Shown here one piece after another: positions 47,747 to 57,674 of a stretch of DNA of 64,000 bases (position 1 is its first letter; each line of letters starts with the position of its first letter). The stretch lies in the IMG/VR virus record IMGVR_UViG_3300031853_000026. One strand, written 5' to 3'. The notes beneath the pieces are model-generated. The model was not told the DNA's origin. It searched no databases and was given only the letters and a program-made list of their open reading frames with translations. The position numbers and the translations under genes were made by a program. The DNA comes from an uncultured virus (IMG/VR IMGVR_UViG_3300031853_000026). Lineage: Duplodnaviria > Heunggongvirae > Uroviricota > Caudoviricetes.

Positions 47747-50575
47747 TTACTTATAATCGATTTGTGTCAATCCTCCCTCATTTAAAGACAATTTACAGCT
47801 TTTATTATTAAAAGCCGCGATAGATTCCATATGAGAGCTGATCATAGTACAACCAATATTCATATTGTTTAATGCCTCTATACATGCATCATGGTTTTCA
47901 GGATCCAAGTGTTTGAAGAATTCATCCATAATAAGCAATCCTATTCTCGGTATGATTTTCTGTAAGAAATTGACATCGAGAACTGTTTTTTGTCCGCTAC
48001 TACATGCTTCGTAATCAACCCAGTTACCGTTGTTGAAGTACATTGATTCAAGGTTCAAGTGTTCTCCTCTATTTGTGTACTTTCTAACTTCATACTTTAC
48101 TTGGTTGTCTGAGAATTCTCCAGCTAATTTATTGAGGATCACGCTATAAACCTCTCCTGCTGGACCAGTTAATTTTATATAACGATCCAATTCAGATGCG
48201 ATATTAGATAATTTACCTACATTTGTCTTTATAGCATTAATCTGTTCAATATTCTTTTCCTTGTCCTGTAATAGATCTATTTGATTCTCCCAGATAGCTA
48301 TTTCATTCTTAATTCCATCCATTTTCTGTCTAAAATCTTGTGGAAGATTTACTTGTTCAACTTTTGGAATTGAATTTATAGTATTTTCTATTTCAGAGAG
48401 CCTTCTTTTATTATTGTTTAGATCATTTTCTATTGTTCCTTGTTGGTTTACCTTTTCAGCTTTTAGATTAGAAATGATGTCATTGATTTCATCAATCTGA
48501 CAATTTATTCGATTATATATTGTTTCTGATTGACTCCACTTTGCTTTCAGATCATTCAATTCTGCATTAAGGGGCTCAATTTTCACTTTAACCTCCTCTA
48601 CTTTCTTTAACAATTCATTTTTATGCTTTATTAAAGTATCTGGCGTAGTTATAGGTTGACCACAATAGGAACATACGCTGTTGATGTTTATGTTCTTTGC
48701 TTCAATCCAGGCTTGATTTCCTTCATTCTTTAACTTATTGACTTCTTGTTCTTTAAAACCAATTGTTGTCTTGATATTTTTAAGCTCCATTAATTGATCT
48801 TGAAGAACTTTTATTTTGTTCTGTCCTGCTAATATTTCCTGGTCAATAACCTGTATTGGTCTGAATTGTTTCTTTATTTCGTTAAGTCTATCAATCTCAC
48901 TAACCACTATATTCCTTTGTGCGATTAATGGATTTATTTGGTTTGTATAATCAACCCAAGCTTTATTTTTTTGCTCGATTAATTCACCCTCAGACTTAAG
49001 AGACAATAATTGATCATAGCTTGTGGTGGGTAATTGAATTACAGCTAATTTATTGTCGATGAATTCCACTACTTTTTCCAGTTCCTTTATTTGAGTTGTA
49101 AAATCATTACCACTCTTTTTCACATCATCCAATAATTTTGTAGCTATGTCGTTAAACATATCTATTTTGGATAATTTAAGGACGTTAGAAATGATTTGGG
49201 ATTTCTTTTCAACAGACATTCCACCAATGAGTTGACTATGATCTGCATCCAAGAAGAATATATCCATAAATTTTATGAACGGGAATCTATTACGAACATC
49301 AGCTTCAAAAGATTTTTTGTCACTGTATTTCATTTGCTCGTTATTAATCCACAATCCATAATCTCTAGTACCCCTTCTTATCTTGCATACATTGTTCTGA
49401 TAAATAAACTCTACTTCAGTCCAACACTCTTTCGTACCAAATTGAATAAATGGTTTTAAAGATGATAATCCTTTTGTATCAGCTACATCCACAAAAGCAT
49501 ATTTAATAGCCGATAACAAACTACTTTTACCACTTCCGTTTGCACCTTGAATGAGTATTTTATCTCCCTCATTAAAATACATCGTACATTCATCAATACT
49601 TCTCCAATTCTTGCAAGAGAATTTAGTAAGGGTGAAGTTAAAATCTACTTCTTGATAATTATATTTATCAACGTATTTTAAAACTTCATTATGTACGTGT
49701 TGTAAATTGTTTGCTACGATAGAAGATTCAACGAGAGTTAATACTTCATTCCATGCTGGTACAGAAACACTTACACCAGTCTGAGGATCAATGATATCAG
49801 GTCTTTTATAAACGTAATAAGTTTTTGTCTGCTTATCCCATTTATTATCCCAATTGAGTTGATCTGTGTATTGGAATCGAATTAGGTTGTTATAAGGATT
49901 TAGATTTACCCAGTTATATTCTTTTGTATCTGTGTTTAGGATGATTCCTGTAGCATCTGGACAATCAGACATTTTACACATCTGTGGGACACCTATAGAT
50001 ACATATTTTCCCTTTTCACCGGGCATATGAATATCCCCACAAATAGCTTTATTGAACTTACTTTCATCAAGTGTTTGTGGCTGGAAATTACTTGCCCCTG
50101 AATAATTGATTCTTGCATGAGTAATCAAGAAATCAACCGGATTTTGTATCCAAGACAAATCGAATTCAGGTTGCCAATTAGAGAAGGCTAGTGTAGTTCC
50201 GTTTATATTTACGATTTGTTGATGAGCATAAATTAGATTCGAGGGTAGAATAACTCCTAATACAGAATCAGTTACGGATTGATCTACACTTTTACTATCC
50301 AAATCATGATTTCCCCAAATTATCCAACCTCCTCTGAAATTGGACATTACATAATCCAAGAAATACTTAACTTCCGCTTGTACAAAGGGTCGTATAATTG
50401 CTTTCTCAACAATATCCCCTGCAAATATCACAGCCTCACATCCATTCTGCTTGAATACATCCACGATATTTTTAGATACTGTTCGAGATCCCTGATAAAG
50501 CCTGTAATTGCTGTTTTCTGGGTTTCGATTTGGATGTGCATGGATATGGATATCTGAAACAATTCCAATGATCAT
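47747..50575 (-). CDS. Mre11/SbcD nuclease fused to Rad50/SbcC ABC ATPase (gp47-gp46-like fusion)
   Basis: SDIH, AGD, GNHD, GDIH; then GANGSGKS, CSYC zinc hook within coiled coil, CSSGQ signature, IMDEFFKHLD, ISSH. Confidence 0.92.
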   Translation of the reverse strand: MIIGIVSDIHIHAHPNRNPENSNYRLYQGSRTVSKNIVDVFKQNGCEAVIFAGDIVEKAIIRPFVQAEVKYFLDYVMSNFRGGWIIWGNHDLDSKSVDQSVTDSVLGVILPSNLIYAHQQIVNINGTTLAFSNWQPEFDLSWIQNPVDFLITHARINYSGASNFQPQTLDESKFNKAICGDIHMPGEKGKYVSIGVPQMCKMSDCPDATGIILNTDTKEYNWVNLNPYNNLIRFQYTDQLNWDNKWDKQTKTYYVYKRPDIIDPQTGVSVSVPAWNEVLTLVESSIVANNLQHVHNEVLKYVDKYNYQEVDFNFTLTKFSCKNWRSIDECTMYFNEGDKILIQGANGSGKSSLLSAIKYAFVDVADTKGLSSLKPFIQFGTKECWTEVEFIYQNNVCKIRRGTRDYGLWINNEQMKYSDKKSFEADVRNRFPFIKFMDIFFLDADHSQLIGGMSVEKKSQIISNVLKLSKIDMFNDIATKLLDDVKKSGNDFTTQIKELEKVVEFIDNKLAVIQLPTTSYDQLLSLKSEGELIEQKNKAWVDYTNQINPLIAQRNIVVSEIDRLNEIKKQFRPIQVIDQEILAGQNKIKVLQDQLMELKNIKTTIGFKEQEVNKLKNEGNQAWIEAKNININSVCSYCGQPITTPDTLIKHKNELLKKVEEVKVKIEPLNAELNDLKAKWSQSETIYNRINCQIDEINDIISNLKAEKVNQQGTIENDLNNNKRRLSEIENTINSIPKVEQVNLPQDFRQKMDGIKNEIAIWENQIDLLQDKEKNIEQINAIKTNVGKLSNIASELDRYIKLTGPAGEVYSVILNKLAGEFSDNQVKYEVRKYTNRGEHLNLESMYFNNGNWVDYEACSSGQKTVLDVNFLQKIIPRIGLLIMDEFFKHLDPENHDACIEALNNMNIGCTMISSHMESIAAFNNKSCKLSLNEGGLTQIDYK

Positions 50576-51060
50576 ATATTTCTCATTAAATTTTGATAAT
50601 TATTTACTAAATAATTCAATGCCGCTATTCCATGTTTACACAGCAATGACGTAGTAGATTTTGGTGGTTGTGTTAATGATTGTGCATAGATAATTTTCAA
50701 CCTATCTGTTTCAAACAAGCTGTCATATTGCTTGATATAATACACAGAATGATATTTAAAATCTTCACAATCACATGCAATTCTGCACTTATTACCTTCC
50801 CAATATCTCAGATCAAAGTCTGGGTTTAATTGAATGAAGACTTTATGTGGGGTTTTAGAACCAGCTGATGTTACTTCAAATTTAAACGTAATGTAATAAG
50901 TCATTAGTGTATTCTTATTAGCAAAATACGATTTAAATTCTTCTGAAATTGGCTTGTCTTCAATCGTATGAAAAGTATCAACAAGAACAACAGAACAGCC
51001 TGAAGCCTTCTGTTGTCTCTGTTGATCTGTATTACTCATTAAATCTGATAATGTTAACAT
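50572..51060 (-). CDS. SWIM zinc-finger protein
   Basis: CDCEDF...LCKHGIA (CxC-Xn-CxH). Confidence 0.75.
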   Translation of the reverse strand: MLTLSDLMSNTDQQRQQKASGCSVVLVDTFHTIEDKPISEEFKSYFANKNTLMTYYITFKFEVTSAGSKTPHKVFIQLNPDFDLRYWEGNKCRIACDCEDFKYHSVYYIKQYDSLFETDRLKIIYAQSLTQPPKSTTSLLCKHGIAALNYLVNNYQNLMRNI

Positions 51061-51062
51061 AA

Positions 51063-51302
51063 TTACTGGATTAAGTTTACATCTTCTGTTCTCTGGTTAA
51101 TTCTTCCTGATCTTGTTAATATGCCGTCTATTTCCTTCAACCATATTCCAGCAAATTGTGGGAAATGTCTTTTTCCATAATAAGCATAAATTGGTTGAGC
51201 TTCTGTAGAAGGGACTAGTTCCCCGTCCCTAAATATTCGTTCTGTTTCTGGATCATAAGAAAAATTACCTCTTGAACTAGGAATGTCAATAAGATTTGCC
51301 AT
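51063..51302 (-). CDS. Small hypothetical protein
   Basis: 79-aa ORF in operon. Confidence 0.75.
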   Translation of the reverse strand: MANLIDIPSSRGNFSYDPETERIFRDGELVPSTEAQPIYAYYGKRHFPQFAGIWLKEIDGILTRSGRINQRTEDVNLIQ

Positions 51303-51304
51303 AA

Positions 51305-52351
51305 TTAACTGAATAATAATGGATTAAAACCTTGAATCAATTCTTGATAATATTTATCAGATATCGAGTGAATGTCATATTTTGTACAGAATTCATGAAA
51401 CTGATCCAGATTACCAAGATGACCACAGTGCTGAAAATCCTGATTAATTATGTTGAATGCTTTATCTAATCTCGGGAATTTGTGGAGATCAAATGAATTG
51501 AATTGAGCCAAGAATTGCTCTTTATTCACATCCTCATAATTTCCATCAAGAATATTCAAGATAATTTCTTCTGTGGTTCTTTTAGTTAAGACTGTTGGTT
51601 TCATATCGTTATGACCTGTTCCTAGTGAATCCATGTAAGCTTTGTAATCATAAAGAGATACACCTCTACTCGATATAGACAATGGAATAGATTTTACCAT
51701 CTCATCATAAGTGATGATCTTTGGTTCACTTTTTCCTGTTGGAATCTTAAAATAATCCATTTTAGGAGAGAGTGAATATTGAAGATCTGTATCCTTTGTG
51801 ATTATGATATTAGCTCTGTTATCGGGTTCATTGAAGAGGAGGCAAGTAGATAACCAAGCAAGATCATCAAATTCCCAACCTTCTAATCCAACACATGGTA
51901 AACCAATTTTACCCAAGTCATTAATCATAGCATCTTTTGCTCGATATTTAACCTGATTTTCATAGCATTCTTTCTTTGCTGCTTCTATTTCTTTTTTCTT
52001 CTTTTCTATCTCCGCTGTGTTGCTGGGATCAATCTTTTTCAATTCATCTTCTAGCTTTCTTACATAAGCTTCATTGATATATTGTCTTGATCCTTTGTAG
52101 GTTACGAATGGTTTGAGGAGATGAGTTCTATAATAACCACCAATTTCTTTATCCCATTTATCATAGATAAGAATATATTTATCGGCTGTTATACCGTATT
52201 CCCTTATGATCTTTTTAATGGTTTGTATGGTAATTCTTAGTACTTCTCCTTCATTATATTCACCTATACCTTTACCAGCTGATATTGCCTTTAAATTCCT
52301 GATGAGAATATAAGACATATCCACTAATGCGTATTTATACCTGTTATTCAT
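51305..52351 (-). CDS. 5'-3' exonuclease / flap endonuclease (T4 RNase H-like)
   Basis: ALVD, YYR..L...YKGSR, GWEFDD, TKDTDLQ. Confidence 0.85.
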   Translation of the reverse strand: MNNRYKYALVDMSYILIRNLKAISAGKGIGEYNEGEVLRITIQTIKKIIREYGITADKYILIYDKWDKEIGGYYRTHLLKPFVTYKGSRQYINEAYVRKLEDELKKIDPSNTAEIEKKKKEIEAAKKECYENQVKYRAKDAMINDLGKIGLPCVGLEGWEFDDLAWLSTCLLFNEPDNRANIIITKDTDLQYSLSPKMDYFKIPTGKSEPKIITYDEMVKSIPLSISSRGVSLYDYKAYMDSLGTGHNDMKPTVLTKRTTEEIILNILDGNYEDVNKEQFLAQFNSFDLHKFPRLDKAFNIINQDFQHCGHLGNLDQFHEFCTKYDIHSISDKYYQELIQGFNPLLFS

Positions 52352-52430
52352 TTGGTTAAAAATAAAAATAAAGGTAGGTAAGACTTAATTTCTTACCTAC
52401 CTTTGATATCAAAATAAATTATTCAACGTT

Positions 52431-53705
52431 CTAGAACGGGAGGTCATCACCACTTTGCTGAACCGGATTCTGAGAAGCCTGATTCATATTAGCAAAGGGG
52501 TTGCTGAATTGTGCCTGACCAAATCCAGGATTGTTGTAGCCATTGTTAGCTGCTACGTTCTGACCAAGAATAGGGTCTACGTGAGCTGCTTGTGGCTGAG
52601 GCTGTGTGAACTGCTGAGGCTGTTGTGTGAACTGATTTGCATTTCCTACCGGTACATTGGGCTGTACTTTAGCAGGATTTACAAAGGGATCTGCAGAACC
52701 TTGAACAGGACCTCTCTGTGGAGTGGCTGTTGCACTGGGATCCGCTGCATAACCTTGACCGGCATCAAAAGCTGCGTTTAATCTTTTGAGCTCGTCCAAC
52801 ATTTCAGCATAATACTCCCTGTTGAAAAGGTTCCTCTGTCCAGGAGCTTTGGTCAACTCTTCCGGTTTGATATACTGACTTCCGATGAAGTTCTCTACCG
52901 GGTTGTTTTCCATAAGAGCCCTGTCCTCCTCACTCATCTTTATTTCAATGGGTTGCTGAGCGATATTATGCGTTACAGTGATCTGATAACCAGTAGTCCT
53001 TGTAACATTAAGCATAATGCTGCCCATTCTGCTATTCGGATCAAAATTATAGATGTTGTTCACCCAATCTTGATTACCTCCGTTTGTAGCAGAGATCTGG
53101 AGAATGTTGTTCTGAACAGACTGAATCATTGCAGCTGAAGGAATTACGATCAACGCCGGATAGTTAGATTTAATAACATTCCTCATAGATGCGTCATATC
53201 GAGATATAACGAATCCATTAAAGATCGTGTAATTCTTAGATCCAACACCTTTGTCTTTGTCTCGAAGCATCTTTTGCTCCTCAGGTGTTCTCTCGGCTGC
53301 TTTCTTGTAACCGCCCATCTTTCGATAAAGATCATCCCATTCTTTAGAAACTTCTTTGTGAAGTGCAAGATCATCATTAGTCAACGGGCTGATAACCCTC
53401 TGAGTTTGAGGATCGAAGATGTCATACGCGTAAGTCGGAAGAATCTTCTTCGTTACAAGATAAGAGTTCTCTCCATACTTCTTAGATACTTTGTACTGTT
53501 TTACACCGTTCAAAAGAACGTAAGGCAAAGCACCATAGATCGGATTCGGCAAGGGGATCAACAGATAGCTACCGTGTTGGTTCGGATCAGCAAAGTGAAC
53601 CATTTCTACTCTTTTTCGGGAAGCTACATTGTTGTTGCCCTTCTGCTGAGACTGAACATCAAGTTGTCCGAGTCTGCTCATTACATCAAAAATTTTATCT
53701 GCCAT
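52431..53705 (-). CDS. Putative single-stranded DNA-binding protein
   Basis: Q/N/P-rich disordered C-terminus ending DDLPF; sits in a replication/recombination operon. Confidence 0.65.
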   Translation of the reverse strand: MADKIFDVMSRLGQLDVQSQQKGNNNVASRKRVEMVHFADPNQHGSYLLIPLPNPIYGALPYVLLNGVKQYKVSKKYGENSYLVTKKILPTYAYDIFDPQTQRVISPLTNDDLALHKEVSKEWDDLYRKMGGYKKAAERTPEEQKMLRDKDKGVGSKNYTIFNGFVISRYDASMRNVIKSNYPALIVIPSAAMIQSVQNNILQISATNGGNQDWVNNIYNFDPNSRMGSIMLNVTRTTGYQITVTHNIAQQPIEIKMSEEDRALMENNPVENFIGSQYIKPEELTKAPGQRNLFNREYYAEMLDELKRLNAAFDAGQGYAADPSATATPQRGPVQGSADPFVNPAKVQPNVPVGNANQFTQQPQQFTQPQPQAAHVDPILGQNVAANNGYNNPGFGQAQFSNPFANMNQASQNPVQQSGDDLPF

Positions 53706-53802
53706 TTGTAGGTTGTGATAAATAAATTAAACAATAAATTATTTTTAAAGTGTATGAGAGGATTTCCTCTCGTATTTTCGTATTAGTAAGAAATTGACTA
53801 CC

Positions 53803-54336
53803 TTAAATTATTACTTTTTTTAATTTCAATACATCTAAATTGGTAAATGGACCTTCTTTCAGATTTATACCAACTTGTTGCATTGCCCAACCTAATCCGG
53901 TTAAATTATTATACTGATCCATATAAAGTCCAGAAGAGGGATCGATCATATTGATTTTTGGAAGATAGAGTCTATGTTCTGATTCGTCATATTCTCCGTA
54001 GCCTTTGATCAATAAATCATCAGCTTTATTCAATTTCTCCTCATCAACATAACGTCCATTGAATTGAACTTTATCATTTATTCGGATTATGTATGGTTGG
54101 ATTTCTATTTTGTCAAAATTAAAAAATACTCTTGAAATTACCTTGTTTCCATTATCCACTAATTGTAACAAATTTACAAATGGATAATCAGTTTTCGTTA
54201 TGATTATTGTTTTATTTGTTACGTATTTGATCTGATCGGGATTGATAAATATCTGGGATTTACCTAGCGTAGTGCTAAGTAAATCACCGAGATATATCGA
54301 TTCGATAATAGAATCAAGACCGCTTAAATATACCAT
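53803..54336 (-). CDS. Hypothetical protein
   Basis: 177-aa ORF. Confidence 0.8.
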   Translation of the reverse strand: MVYLSGLDSIIESIYLGDLLSTTLGKSQIFINPDQIKYVTNKTIIITKTDYPFVNLLQLVDNGNKVISRVFFNFDKIEIQPYIIRINDKVQFNGRYVDEEKLNKADDLLIKGYGEYDESEHRLYLPKINMIDPSSGLYMDQYNNLTGLGWAMQQVGINLKEGPFTNLDVLKLKKVII

Positions 54337-54347
54337 GATTAAATATT

Positions 54348-55709
54348 TTACATTTGTTTGATAATATCCTCTGTAAATTTCACTGGATTAAATGCTCTTA
54401 ATGCAGTAAGTTTCTTTTGAAGTCTATTCAAAACTTCTGTATTTTCAGCATTTTGTCTTATTGTGAACAGGGACTTAGAACTGAGTGCTTTCAAGATTTC
54501 TGGTGTGAATCCAAGATTCTTTATAAGCTCTTCATCTGTTGCTTTCGGATTGACATTGAGAATGTAATTACTGAAGGCTGGAATGGCTTTCTGTACTGTT
54601 ATCGCAAATTCACATTCCACAATCTTTTTCTGATTGACTTTTGTTACAAGATCAATGTAGTTCTTGTAGACAATATCAATCCATCTTTTTAATGGAATTG
54701 TTTTTGCTGATTCCTCTGACGTTACTTTGAGCTCGTAATTGATTGTAGTATAGTACATTTCTTTTGCTAATGATACTACATCACTTACTGTAATTCCTCT
54801 TACATCAGGTACTTTTCCCATAAATACTTTCGGGCCATCGATATCTGTAAGATCCAACTTAAAGATCTTTCCATCTTCAGATAATTTTTGGTACTTATCA
54901 TTCTTCCAGTTCGGAACAAATTTCCAAGTATCACCCTCAAACAATACTCCTTCAGATCTTCCATCAGGTCCTTTACATGGGGTTACGTTATAATAATACG
55001 TAATAGATCCCTTGCCCTTTTCCCAAATGTCCTTTAATTTGCTCTTAGCTTTGTCTATGTTAATATTAGAGTTAACTTCAAGTAAATTCGGATCATCATG
55101 AATATAGGCTTGATACAAAGACCATGGACTAAATGACGGAATTATTGTTCTTACTGCAGAAAGTCCCATTACATCAGACTTCAAGCAACAGGATAATGGA
55201 AGTGGTAGCGGAATATATACTGGCTCTAATTCACCTGTTGGAGACTCTACCATAGGTACCTCTCTAATCAAATCTCCTAATATTTTATGATATACAGGAG
55301 ATAATGATATATGAAGATACCTCAGAGCTGCACAAGGATCCATTTCACCATCAGATATATTTATTCCACCAAATGCACCTTCACCTGAAAATACACCAGA
55401 ATGTACAAATAAAGCCATTGTACCATCAAGACCATCCACAGAGTGTGGGTGCCATCTTGACACAGACTTTACAAGACTCTCGGCTGGAGATAATGTTCCC
55501 TCTTTATACATCAATATAGCAGCCCATAACAATCTCCTATATGAATCTTTACATCCATCATAAAGAGTTGGTACAGCTCTGTGATTGATTGCATAACGAC
55601 AGAAATCATCGTAGTTCTTGTAAACTAATTCTCCAACCGGTATATTCTCCGGTTCTCTCCAAGCAATTGGTGCTGGATTTGTAATTTTAATTTCTTTTTT
55701 TCTTGGCAT
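54348..55709 (-). CDS. Type II topoisomerase A subunit (GyrA/ParC/gp52-like, no C-terminal pinwheel)
   Basis: RAVPTLYDGCK..YRRLLW, WHPHS, GAFG, AALRY with the catalytic Tyr, EPVYIP. Confidence 0.88.
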   Translation of the reverse strand: MPRKKEIKITNPAPIAWREPENIPVGELVYKNYDDFCRYAINHRAVPTLYDGCKDSYRRLLWAAILMYKEGTLSPAESLVKSVSRWHPHSVDGLDGTMALFVHSGVFSGEGAFGGINISDGEMDPCAALRYLHISLSPVYHKILGDLIREVPMVESPTGELEPVYIPLPLPLSCCLKSDVMGLSAVRTIIPSFSPWSLYQAYIHDDPNLLEVNSNINIDKAKSKLKDIWEKGKGSITYYYNVTPCKGPDGRSEGVLFEGDTWKFVPNWKNDKYQKLSEDGKIFKLDLTDIDGPKVFMGKVPDVRGITVSDVVSLAKEMYYTTINYELKVTSEESAKTIPLKRWIDIVYKNYIDLVTKVNQKKIVECEFAITVQKAIPAFSNYILNVNPKATDEELIKNLGFTPEILKALSSKSLFTIRQNAENTEVLNRLQKKLTALRAFNPVKFTEDIIKQM

Positions 55710-55868
55710 AATAAAAATAATTTATTTGATAATTTGTCAGGTATAAGAAATTCAACCCCTGCATATTATTGATTCAGTTAAAATGAAGAAAAAAAAAATA
55801 ACACACAACCTGAAATAAATCAAATTGTGTGTTATTTTAATGTTGTGTGTGTTGTTGTTGTGTTGTCG

Positions 55869-56534
55869 TTAGTTCATCGGAAGAGTTGCCGGACCGCCGA
55901 AGATACCGACGTCTTTAGTCTTCTCCCTCGCGGATTTTGCGAGGTTGTAGATGTTCTCAAAGTTGACGTCCTTGAGCTTGTCTAACTCGGCATCCGAAAG
56001 AACCATTATTAGGCGTCTCTTTTCAAACCACGAGCGAACATCCTCCCGATTAATCTCAGTAAGATCGTGCTCAAATGCCTTGAATGGCAGGTAGCCCTTG
56101 TTCTGACCCTCCTGATCCAAAGACACTACTGGGTACGCCGTGATTACCTGAAGATTACCTGAGTTCTCGCTGTATTTAACCCAAATAGTTTTTGTGTATT
56201 TGAGGTTGTTACAGTTCGACCGCGAGGTGATCCAGTAGATACCAGGACGATTGCCCCACTTGACGAAGCGGGCTCTGTCGAGGTTCTTGATGTCTCCGGT
56301 GGAGTGTTCTTCCACTTCGAGAGGATCCGGAACCTCCAGGTAAAACCCTCTTTCCCTGCGAATTTTGGGTTTGCCCGTGTTAGGGTCGATGTCTGGGCCC
56401 TGGGTCTCAGGAATTGGTCCCTTGTTGTTGTAGTCTTCAAGGACCTTCTCTTTGACCCATTCTTCCGAAATTGAATTGTGAATTCTCGCCTTAACGGCGA
56501 TGTTTTTAACGGTGTATGTTTTTGTCTGTGCCAT
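55869..56534 (-). CDS. Hypothetical protein (higher-GC cassette)
   Basis: 221 aa; promoter-hairpin module upstream; CA-rich tail and terminator (55789-55838) downstream. Confidence 0.85.
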   Translation of the reverse strand: MAQTKTYTVKNIAVKARIHNSISEEWVKEKVLEDYNNKGPIPETQGPDIDPNTGKPKIRRERGFYLEVPDPLEVEEHSTGDIKNLDRARFVKWGNRPGIYWITSRSNCNNLKYTKTIWVKYSENSGNLQVITAYPVVSLDQEGQNKGYLPFKAFEHDLTEINREDVRSWFEKRRLIMVLSDAELDKLKDVNFENIYNLAKSAREKTKDVGIFGGPATLPMN

Positions 56535-56559
56535 AATTTAAAAAAATTAGTTAATAAAT

Positions 56560-56648
56560 AATTGTTATCTATTTTGATAGCAAAGAAAAAGAAGAAGATA
56601 TAAACTTAAAATCGTTTATATCTTCTTCAATATTAAGGTTTTAAGAGG
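56560..56648 (-). promoter_or_regulatory. Promoter-like motif + hairpin + U-tract + TTTGCTATC leader
   Basis: CCTCTTAAAACCTTAATATTGAAGAAGATATAAAC...GTTTATATCTTCTTC-TTTTTCTTTGCTATCAAAATAGATAACAATT. Confidence 0.7.
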
Positions 56649-56743
56649 TGTAAAAAAGAAGATGGACAGTTGCGCTTACTGTCCATCCAAAGAACCCGTC
56701 CGGTAAAAAACACATAAAAAACCGGTGAGGGTTGAGTTTCTTT

Positions 56744-57070
56744 TTAAAATCCTCCTACGCCAGCTCCAGTTCCTCCTATACTAGGTCCAGCAGGTGCTCC
56801 CATTTCTATGGAAGCATTTGTTGAGGGTACTGTTACTTTCTTGCCATATAACTTTTTAATGGCACTAATATGTTCTGAATTAGGATTTCTATCTATGTAT
56901 CTTTGTGCATCAGAAGCAGTTTGTACGAATCCCTGCTTTATAGCTGATCCCCATCCTTCGTGTTTCCTAGCATCCACCTGAATTGCTTTTTTAGCTGCCA
57001 TTAATTTCTGACCACCAAAGGGGTCAGTGGGGTCAAAAAATATTTTTCTTTTTAATCTGAAACTTCCCAT
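56744..57070 (-). CDS. Hypothetical protein, possible leader-family member
   Basis: MGSFRLKRKIFF start; Gly-rich C-terminus. Confidence 0.75.
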   Translation of the reverse strand: MGSFRLKRKIFFDPTDPFGGQKLMAAKKAIQVDARKHEGWGSAIKQGFVQTASDAQRYIDRNPNSEHISAIKKLYGKKVTVPSTNASIEMGAPAGPSIGGTGAGVGGF

Positions 57071-57660
57071 GATACTTTTTTCCTTTCTTTAAAGATCAAA
57101 CTTATTGCGTCTGTGAGAGTTTCACATGTAATAAACTGAAGCCACTTACTAGTCATTTCAGTTATTGTCCATACAATAGCTTTATTCAGATCTTCTTCAG
57201 ACATTTCAGTTGGTACATCTTCTGTGTAGTATTCTCTATTAAGTAGAACTGTACATCCCATGCCCTGAAAGAATGCCCTGAGTGCTTTGTAAAAAAGCCT
57301 AGAATTCATTCTTCCTACCGTGTCTGTTCTGTTATTGAATTCTTTATTTTTATATTTTTCAATTGCTACATCACTCCAGTTAGAATTTAACCTGCTATCA
57401 TAACAAACAATAAAGAAATTAACAATGTCAGTTAGATTCTTTATAGATACTGCATCAACAATCTTCTTCAAATTCATAAAGATCGGATTCTCTGGACTGA
57501 CTGTAGATAAAGCTGAATTGAACTCTGTATTAGAGATCTTTTCTGGTTGAGATTCATACTCACTTACATAGTTCTGTTGCTTGTATTCAATGTTCGGGAG
57601 GAGGAAAAATAACTTAATTTTCCACCAAATTTTACTAAACAAGTACTTTATTAATTCCAT
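57052..57660 (-). CDS. Hypothetical protein
   Basis: 202-aa ORF. Confidence 0.8.
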   Translation of the reverse strand: MELIKYLFSKIWWKIKLFFLLPNIEYKQQNYVSEYESQPEKISNTEFNSALSTVSPENPIFMNLKKIVDAVSIKNLTDIVNFFIVCYDSRLNSNWSDVAIEKYKNKEFNNRTDTVGRMNSRLFYKALRAFFQGMGCTVLLNREYYTEDVPTEMSEEDLNKAIVWTITEMTSKWLQFITCETLTDAISLIFKERKKVSWEVSD

Positions 57661-57674
57661 TTTTAAATCTGATT

